From Flavobacteriales bacterium (GTDB lineage Bacteria; Bacteroidota; Bacteroidia; CAIKAF01): a stretch of 64,000 bases of DNA. The stretch covers positions 125,651 through 189,650 of the forward strand of contig JAGYKD010000001.1 of NCBI GenBank assembly GCA_018401695.1, written 5' to 3'. The position numbers and the translations under genes were made by a program. Below the pieces are notes generated by a model that was not told the DNA's origin, ran no database searches, and worked only from the letters and a program-made list of their open reading frames with translations. Positions 57,146-64,000 of this stretch are shown one piece after another (position 1 is the stretch's first letter; each line of letters begins with the position of its first letter).

Positions 57146-58594
57146 TCAGAACTCAATATGCTTTGGATACCTTGGAAAAGGAATTACATCGCGGATATTG
57201 GTCATTCCGGTTACAAAAAGCAAAAAGCGTTCAAATCCCAAGCCGTAACCGCTGTGAGGAACGCTGCCAAACTTTCGGGTGTCTAAATACCACCACATTT
57301 CCTCCTCGGGAATGTGGAAATCTTTCATGCGACTTTTTAACACCTCCAAACGTTCTTCTCTTTGGGAGCCGCCTACCATTTCACCAATTCCGGGAAATAA
57401 AATGTCCATGGCGCGGACGGTTTTGTTGTCCTCTCCTAGGCGCATGTAAAAGGCCTTAATTTCCTTTGGGTAGTCGGTAAGAATCACCGGTCTTCCCACT
57501 TCTTTTTCGACCAAGAAACGTTCGTGCTCCGATTGCAAATCGGTGCCCCAGCCTTTGATGGGGTAGGTAAACTTTCCTTTTTTGTTGGGCTTGGACTGCT
57601 CCAACAGGTCAATGGCACGGGTGTAGGTCATTCGCTCAAAAGGTTGCTCTGCCACCAATTTCAAACGTTCTATCAATCCATACTTGCTTCGGTCTTCTTG
57701 CTTCTTACCGGCTTCTTCTTTGGCAAACCTTTGGTCTAAGAAATCCAAGTCTTCGGCACAATGATCGAGGGCATAACGTACCAGGTATTTTAGGTTCGCT
57801 TCGGCCAAATCCATATTGTCGTTCAGATCGGCAAAAGCCACTTCGGGTTCAATCATCCAAAACTCGGCCAGGTGGCGTGTGGTGTTGGAGTTTTCGGCCC
57901 TAAAGGTTGGACCAAAAGTATAGACTTTCCCCAGGCCTAAGGCTCCCAACTCGGCCTCCAACTGTCCGGAAACCGTTAAATGGGCGGCTTTACCAAAAAA
58001 GTCCTGAGAAAAGTCAGGGCTACCGTCGCTATGTTTAGGGGTATTCGCCATATCCAAGGTGGTTACCCGAAACATTTCACCGGCACCCTCCGCATCGCTG
58101 GCGGTTAGAATGGGCGTATGCAACCAGTAAAATCCTCGTTCGTGAAAAAACTGATGCATGGCAAAAGCCATGGCATGCCGCATGCGAAAAATGGCGCCAA
58201 AAGTTTGGGTGCGAAACCTCAAATGGGCCTTTTCTCGCAAAAACTCCAGGCTGTGGGCTTTGGGTTGCAAGGGATAAAAATCGGGGTGGTCAATATCGGC
58301 TTGGGCATCGCCCAAGACCTCAATTTCATCGGCCAAAATTTCGGACTGCTGCCCTTTTCCGGAAGAAGCTACCAACGTTCCTTTGACTTTAATGGAGGCT
58401 CCCGTAGTAATTCGGTCAAGTAGGGCCTCGTCCATGTGCTCGAAATCGACAACCACCTGCAATCCCGACAAACAGCTCCCGTCGTTGAGGTGTATAAAGC
58501 GCCTGCTTCTGAAAGTACGCACCCAACCGCCGGTTTGCACGGCCTGACCTGTTGGCTCCATGGCCAAAATACGTTTTATGGATTCCGGTAACAT
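57146..58594 (-). CDS. asnS: Asparagine--tRNA ligase
   Basis: [67 protein letters not shown]. Confidence 0.97.
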   Translation of the reverse strand: MLPESIKRILAMEPTGQAVQTGGWVRTFRSRRFIHLNDGSCLSGLQVVVDFEHMDEALLDRITTGASIKVKGTLVASSGKGQQSEILADEIEVLGDAQADIDHPDFYPLQPKAHSLEFLREKAHLRFRTQTFGAIFRMRHAMAFAMHQFFHERGFYWLHTPILTASDAEGAGEMFRVTTLDMANTPKHSDGSPDFSQDFFGKAAHLTVSGQLEAELGALGLGKVYTFGPTFRAENSNTTRHLAEFWMIEPEVAFADLNDNMDLAEANLKYLVRYALDHCAEDLDFLDQRFAKEEAGKKQEDRSKYGLIERLKLVAEQPFERMTYTRAIDLLEQSKPNKKGKFTYPIKGWGTDLQSEHERFLVEKEVGRPVILTDYPKEIKAFYMRLGEDNKTVRAMDILFPGIGEMVGGSQREERLEVLKSRMKDFHIPEEEMWWYLDTRKFGSVPHSGYGLGFERFLLFVTGMTNIRDVIPFPRYPKHIEF

Positions 58595-58617
58595 AGTCTG
58601 TAATTTGCTGGGCAAAG

Positions 58618-61515
58618 TTAGAAATTATCTATGCCGCTGCATACCACCCTTAGCGCCGGAATTCCTTGGATGGTCAAAATGTACACTCCGGGATTCGGAC
58701 GTTCAAAAACCCAATCAAATTGCTGTTGAGCCTCTAAGGGCCAAACTACAGATTTCACCTCACGGCCTTGCATATCCAGGAGACGAACCAATCGCCCCTG
58801 TAGGCCTTTGCCTTTCAAATGGATTTCGCCGGTAAATGGATTGGGCCACACCCTAAGTGTTTGCACTTCTTGGTTTTCTATTTGGGAACTAGCTCCTACA
58901 TATACGGCACCATTGCTGCTGGCTATTCCGGACAACAAGCCCGCCTGATTTTCGGCCCGCACCGACAAAAAGGTCCAAGTTCCCTCCGTCAATGCCATGG
59001 GCTGGTTTATGGATTGTGCCCCTGCCAAACTTTGCCAAGCTACCAGGTCGCATTGCCCGGGTACACTACCCAAGCACCATTGGTAGGCTGCCAAACCGGA
59101 GTGGGGATCGTCCGAAGCTCCCCAGGATCCGGGGCGCATTAATTGATGCAAGGTATCGACATCTGAAAATATGCCGTCCAACACGTAAGGAGGAATTGAG
59201 GGAGGCGTAAAATCCATAGGGTAGGTTAGTTCTTCCATAGGTCCCATATTCCCTGCCCCATCGGTGGCAAAAGCAAAAATTTTACCGGCAGGCAAAGCAG
59301 GATTGGGATTGGGGTTGGGCAAATGTCCCGGTGGCCAAGCTTGGGTTTGCACCCAAATCGGCTGGCTTGGATTGCGTTGAGGTCCACTCAACAGTTCTTC
59401 AAGTGCAAAAACACTATGTGCAGCTTCCATAGACACCCAAGTCTTTGAGCCCAACAAAGGGGAGTAAGCCGCCTCGCCCAACCAGGCCCCATCCAACCAA
59501 ATGCGTACGGTACTGTCGGTGCTTGCCACCAACCAATGGTGGGTTTGACCGGCTTGAATGGAAGTTTGCCAGGTCATTAAAGGGCTGCAATGCCCTTGGT
59601 TGCAGCGGTCCAAACGGGCTTGTCCGTTCACATCCCAATACAAGCGCAGGCTATGATTGCGTCCGGGGCCAGAGGGGCTGTCGGCCAAAAAATAGAACAA
59701 AGCGCTTCCCTGACCTTGATAATTGTGCAAAGCCGAACGCCAAGAATAAAAGCGACCACCCGATTGCTGGGGCAAAGAAGCGCTAATTAGGGCTTGAGGA
59801 ATGGTCTGTTGCTGCACCACTCGACCACTGCCCTGCTGCCAGTTTCCGGAAATTACGGACCAACCGGAATGCAAGGCACCCGGCGGCCCATCAAAAAATT
59901 CGGCCAACATACCTTTGCCGGTGTTGCCCTTATAGTCTTGGCCATCGTGGCTGGCCGCCAACCAAAACGCTTGATGCAGTCCGGAGCCCCCGGCATCTGA
60001 ATCCAAAAACATTTGATTAAAATCGGCGCTTATCCACTGAGCACTTTGAGGTATTTGGGTTTGAGGTGCAATACTGTCCCCTACTTGACCATTCAGCTGT
60101 TCCCAAGCACAAGAAAACCCGGTGCGTTGGGTGGCACAATCGCTAAGAAAAAGCACATAAAGACTGTTACCGGAGGATTCTACAGGCCCCGGCAATTGTT
60201 GCCCGTCAAAGCTCCCCAACAAAGGAGCCAAGGCATCGCTCCCATCAAAAACCATTAGGTAGTCCCAGTCGCTTTCGGTATCAAAATACTGAAACGACAG
60301 GCGCACTCTTCCTGAGGGCACGGAAATGCGCCAAGCCATAAGGTCGTCGTTTGGATAGGGCCCCGAAAGGGGATAGCTCCATTGCCCTGAGGTTCCGCCA
60401 AAGTTTATGGGAGCAGGAATTTGAGCCAGGCTTCGGGCATAGCGCATCCAATTCCAATGCATGCCGGGGTCGGTATGCGTTTGATTGGGATAGTGCTGGT
60501 GCCCTTTGGTTCGTGTGCATGAGCCGGGCCTAAAGGCATATCGGTATTGTGTAGCAGCTGCCCAGGGCCACCAGGCTGTTCGTAGGCTGTCTATGCCATG
60601 CCGGGTGGCAATTCTTCGGCTTAAACCTGCAGAAGAAGCATACATACTGTCGGTATACCAAGCGGGATTAGAAACAAAGCCTTCATGTTCAATTCCAATG
60701 GTATAGTTGTTCTCTGTGCCCACATGCCAAGCCCTATCGGCCTCATCTACCATTTGTAATAGGTAGCCATCCGAGCTCCTCACCAAATAATGGCAAGAAA
60801 CATTGGAGGGACAATGTTGAAACCAGGCTATGGTTCCCGCAAAACTTCCTTGCATGGTATGCAGGGTAATGGCGCTTGGCGGCACACCCTGCCGGCTGTT
60901 GTAATTGCAGGAAGGTGCGGAATTCCAGGCGGCCAAAGGGTCGTTTCCGGATCTTAGGTGTAAAGATTCAGGCAGGCCTTCAGGGATTAACTCCTCCAAC
61001 TGAATTTCGGGCCCTCCTAAATGAGCCCAAGCCCTAAGTACTTCGTCGAGCCAAAATGCCACAGGCAGGGTGCTTCCACACATAGCCTCCGAGGGAATGT
61101 AAGAAATAAGTGCTGCGGCCCATAGCCAGTCCTGAGGCAAAGGGTCTTGCACTCCATCGAGTACGGCATCTAAGGCCTTATGCCAAGCCCTAAGTTCGTT
61201 CTGAGGAGAAGCCAGCAAACTATCGAAAGGAGTACCGGCAGCTGCCTCTGCCAAGTCTGTATTCTCTCGAAAAAGGCCTTTACCGTCGGAAAGCCATCCC
61301 ATATAGCCTTGAGGTATGGGCTTCCCGTTGCAGGCTTCCGGCATGTTAGGACCAATCCATTCCCAGCGGCAGTGCTCCCAAGAAACGGCAGCGGATAAAC
61401 CTGCGGGATGATGAGGAAACTCCCGATCTATTTGCTCAAAAAAAGCAGGTGGAGCAACTCTTTGGCTGCTCAGCTGTTGCATACATAATATGCACATTAG
61501 AAACAAAGTACGCAT
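58618..61515 (-). CDS. T9SS-secreted N-acetylmuramoyl-L-alanine amidase (Amidase_2) with CUB domain
   Basis: [31 protein letters not shown] (amidase); [31 protein letters not shown] (CUB); C-terminal VWPNPF..GVYIL. Confidence 0.85.
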   Translation of the reverse strand: MRTLFLMCILCMQQLSSQRVAPPAFFEQIDREFPHHPAGLSAAVSWEHCRWEWIGPNMPEACNGKPIPQGYMGWLSDGKGLFRENTDLAEAAAGTPFDSLLASPQNELRAWHKALDAVLDGVQDPLPQDWLWAAALISYIPSEAMCGSTLPVAFWLDEVLRAWAHLGGPEIQLEELIPEGLPESLHLRSGNDPLAAWNSAPSCNYNSRQGVPPSAITLHTMQGSFAGTIAWFQHCPSNVSCHYLVRSSDGYLLQMVDEADRAWHVGTENNYTIGIEHEGFVSNPAWYTDSMYASSAGLSRRIATRHGIDSLRTAWWPWAAATQYRYAFRPGSCTRTKGHQHYPNQTHTDPGMHWNWMRYARSLAQIPAPINFGGTSGQWSYPLSGPYPNDDLMAWRISVPSGRVRLSFQYFDTESDWDYLMVFDGSDALAPLLGSFDGQQLPGPVESSGNSLYVLFLSDCATQRTGFSCAWEQLNGQVGDSIAPQTQIPQSAQWISADFNQMFLDSDAGGSGLHQAFWLAASHDGQDYKGNTGKGMLAEFFDGPPGALHSGWSVISGNWQQGSGRVVQQQTIPQALISASLPQQSGGRFYSWRSALHNYQGQGSALFYFLADSPSGPGRNHSLRLYWDVNGQARLDRCNQGHCSPLMTWQTSIQAGQTHHWLVASTDSTVRIWLDGAWLGEAAYSPLLGSKTWVSMEAAHSVFALEELLSGPQRNPSQPIWVQTQAWPPGHLPNPNPNPALPAGKIFAFATDGAGNMGPMEELTYPMDFTPPSIPPYVLDGIFSDVDTLHQLMRPGSWGASDDPHSGLAAYQWCLGSVPGQCDLVAWQSLAGAQSINQPMALTEGTWTFLSVRAENQAGLLSGIASSNGAVYVGASSQIENQEVQTLRVWPNPFTGEIHLKGKGLQGRLVRLLDMQGREVKSVVWPLEAQQQFDWVFERPNPGVYILTIQGIPALRVVCSGIDNF

Positions 61516-61585
61516 AGGCTCTTTTTAGCTTAAAACTAGCCTGCTTACCTGTGTTTAGTCGTATATTAAACGCTTATAAACGTTT

Positions 61586-62299
61586 ATGACAGTAATCGCT
61601 CCAATATTTAATTTGAGCTTGTGGTCTTTTGCCCGCAAATACCTGTTGTTTTCGGTATTTTGTTCCTGGGGTTTTGCAGTACAAGCTCAAGCGCTTGAGT
61701 CTACTGAGATGGAAGAACTCCCAAAATTCCGTGTAGGCCTGGAGGCCGGAGCTTTATTTTCTACCTTGAGCGGCAGTGGCGTGGTGGCCCTTCAATTGCC
61801 GGGAATTACCGCAAGCCTATTTTTAGAAAAACCCATCAACTCCCGATGGGAAGCCACAGCAGGAGCAGGTTTTGCTATGCGCGGTTTTGTGCGCAATCCT
61901 GACCCGGACAATGGAGATTTTGAGCAATTAACGGCTCGTTTCAACTACTTGGAACTGCGTTTAGGGGCAAAGTACAAGCTGTTGAACAATAGAAATCTGG
62001 CTTTGGAAGCTTACCTAATGCCGGCCGTTTTGCTTGGTCAATCCGTCAGAGATGCCTTTGGATCTGTAGGAAATGTGCAGCAAGGCGAACCGTTTGACCT
62101 AGGCTTAGCTTTTGGGCTTTCTTATGCCGTGCATCCAAAGTGGTTGTTCACTGCTCGATTTAGGCATTCGGTATTGCCGGTTATTAAAAACGTGGATGGA
62201 AATACGCAGTTTAACCCGGTGTTCGGACAGGTTAATTTAGGCCAATTTCATGCCTCCTTGATGGCAGGTGTCCGCTACGCAATCTTTGCTGCTCCATGA
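61586..62299 (+). CDS. Outer-membrane beta-barrel (porin family) protein
   Basis: Signal peptide, alternating beta-strand pattern, FNYLELRLG, GLSY. Confidence 0.75.
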   Translation: MTVIAPIFNLSLWSFARKYLLFSVFCSWGFAVQAQALESTEMEELPKFRVGLEAGALFSTLSGSGVVALQLPGITASLFLEKPINSRWEATAGAGFAMRGFVRNPDPDNGDFEQLTARFNYLELRLGAKYKLLNNRNLALEAYLMPAVLLGQSVRDAFGSVGNVQQGEPFDLGLAFGLSYAVHPKWLFTARFRHSVLPVIKNVDGNTQFNPVFGQVNLGQFHASLMAGVRYAIFAAP

Positions 62300-62715
62300 A
62301 AAGATTCATTTTATTTTTTTTGCTGGCAAACGGTAATCTATCTGCTCAATTGCAATGGAATACACAACAAACCCAAGCCTGTTATACCGAAAAATGGAAA
62401 CATTGCGGCTATGCGGTGGAACAATTGCAGTGGGCCTATGGAAGGCCGGATAGCAATGCATGTTGGCATATCAAGGATTTACCGGCACTTAGCCAAGGTT
62501 TTGAACTGTGCCTCAGCGCTTCCGCTCTGCATGCACCGGTAGCCAAAGCTACTTTCGAGGCCTTTATGCGCGTCATTGGACCTTGCCCAAAAATAGATAT
62601 GCAGCTTCAATACCGTATGTCAAAATCTAAAGGGCAAGATTCTATTTGGACCGAAGAAGAGCAAATCATGTTAATTCACTGGTTTGATGTCCTTCACGGT
62701 GGTTTTGACGAATAG
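62296..62715 (+). CDS. Hypothetical secreted protein
   Basis: Signal-like N-terminus; ATGA overlap with the upstream gene. Confidence 0.55.
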   Translation: MKRFILFFLLANGNLSAQLQWNTQQTQACYTEKWKHCGYAVEQLQWAYGRPDSNACWHIKDLPALSQGFELCLSASALHAPVAKATFEAFMRVIGPCPKIDMQLQYRMSKSKGQDSIWTEEEQIMLIHWFDVLHGGFDE

Positions 62716-62743
62716 GCAAGGCTAAGCTTGCTGCGCAATTTTT

Positions 62744-63634
62744 CTAGTTCAGTCGGTAGCTAAGGGAAATATTGATTTGAGTGGGCATTTCAGCACCTTC
62801 TACCTGAGCGTTCATCCTCATTTTTTGCTCCATATCTGCTTCCATGGTAATTCCGGTTTCCGGGTCTACCCGCAAAATCGAGGTGAAGTCCGAAGAAACG
62901 GTCACTTGGGTCCCCTTACTTTCAACGGTTTTTTCAGGGATATTGCCCACTGCTTCTAAAACAACCCGGCCCTCTTCCATACCCAAATAGGTATAATTTA
63001 CCGACACGGTTAAGGCCTTTTCGCCACCACCGGTTTGGTAGGAACTTTCCCAAGAATCTCCGGGGGCAATAGCCGTCTCGGGAAATTGAGCCAGGTAGTA
63101 CACTATGCCTTCGGCGCTTCCGGGACCTCCGCTGCCCTTGCCCATATTGTCCATTCCGGTAGTTCCCTCTTGCCTCAGCACATTTCCTCGACTGCCAAAA
63201 GCAGTACTAACGCTTTGATTGATTATTTCACTGAAACGATCCTTCAACTCCATGGCCAAGGCACCTTCGGCTTCTTCCGGGGCATCGGAATCAAAACTGG
63301 AGGGTCCCATAGCACGTCCGATTAACCCTTTAGGAGTTTGCTTCATCACAATACGGGTGAGTTTGCTGCGCATAACACAAGCGGTATCTCCATTGCCCGG
63401 ACGGTAGGTCTGGAGAATCTCCATGTTTAGGATTTGATCCATCTCCATTATGGCCATGTCCATTTTCATATCTAAATCGAGGCTCACCTGAAACTCCTGA
63501 ACCCGGTTGGGCTGTAAACGCAAGGTCAATGGTTCACCCTCAGAAAGGCTCTGCCCCAATGCGGAGGTTTCCGGCGCTTTTTCGCCACAGGAAAAAAGGC
63601 CCAACACCAGGACCGGGATTAAAAAAGTGCGCAT
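62744..63634 (-). CDS. Lipoprotein (DUF6263-like)
   Basis: Lipobox LGLFSC; FDSD, FPETAIAPGDSW. Confidence 0.65.
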   Translation of the reverse strand: MRTFLIPVLVLGLFSCGEKAPETSALGQSLSEGEPLTLRLQPNRVQEFQVSLDLDMKMDMAIMEMDQILNMEILQTYRPGNGDTACVMRSKLTRIVMKQTPKGLIGRAMGPSSFDSDAPEEAEGALAMELKDRFSEIINQSVSTAFGSRGNVLRQEGTTGMDNMGKGSGGPGSAEGIVYYLAQFPETAIAPGDSWESSYQTGGGEKALTVSVNYTYLGMEEGRVVLEAVGNIPEKTVESKGTQVTVSSDFTSILRVDPETGITMEADMEQKMRMNAQVEGAEMPTQINISLSYRLN

Positions 63635-63685
63635 GGTATGCAAATCTATTTTTGCAAAAATAATGGAATTGGCTGGCAAAGGCGT

Positions 63686-64000
63686 TTATTCGAGAAACTT
63701 GAGGTTTCTTTTCAATCCTTCGTAGCCTGTGCGTTTCACAGCAGAACCTTTAAACAAGTCTTTGAACAAATCTTCGGTTAGGTCCATCCAGTCTTCCCGT
63801 TTCATTTCCAAAAGCCTAGGGTCGGGTTCAAACAGCGCTTCGCTATGGGGTTTGGCAAAACGGTTCCAAGGGCAGACCTCTTGGCAAATGTCACAGCCAA
63901 ACATCCAGTCATTAAAGGTGCCTTTCATGCCTTCCGGAATGGCCGATTTCAGTTCAATAGTAAAATAAGAAATGCATTTTGAGCCATCCACTTCGTAAGG
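63686..64000 (-). CDS. queG: tRNA epoxyqueuosine reductase, C-terminal part (5' end outside window)
   Basis: [29 protein letters not shown]. Confidence 0.92.
   Translation of the reverse strand, partial: PYEVDGSKCISYFTIELKSAIPEGMKGTFNDWMFGCDICQEVCPWNRFAKPHSEALFEPDPRLLEMKREDWMDLTEDLFKDLFKGSAVKRTGYEGLKRNLKFLE

Overview
Bacteroidota (probably Flavobacteriia-like) chromosomal segment. Support for this: T9SS C-terminal domains, TAnnTTTG -7 promoter boxes and typical gene order. From left to right: (1) a visibly AT-rich block (1-~9140) with a >900 aa LytS-type sensor kinase that the ORF track missed and a divergent pseudaminic-acid-type cluster (Maf/DUF115-like gene, pseB, pseC, spsF-type cytidylyltransferase, pseI, flippase; no pseG/pseH); (2) housekeeping and envelope genes (yfhO, malic enzyme, amidase, M42 peptidase, rpmH, copA-HMA-Fur, GT2/GT-C/TylF/gmhA/heptose kinase, leuS, ABC transporters); (3) a decayed accessory islet (33006-36782) with an ATPase remnant, an AbiE toxin-antitoxin pair whose toxin is frameshifted, and an IS5 with a nonsense codon; (4) iscS, glmM, comA, aroE, uvrB, nadR-pnuC-GGGP synthase, folK, a ubiA-dprE1-dprE2 operon, asnS, a T9SS amidase-CUB protein and partial queG. 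The most striking non-genic signal is a family of eight ~140-150 bp intergenic hairpin elements: their ends and apical loop are conserved, while their stems differ in sequence but stay base-paired. A second motif (ATGTAGAGATT twice, 55 bp apart) occurs at two loci 20 kb apart. No tRNA, rRNA or CRISPR array was seen. All annotations come from manual motif recognition; no database searches were run.
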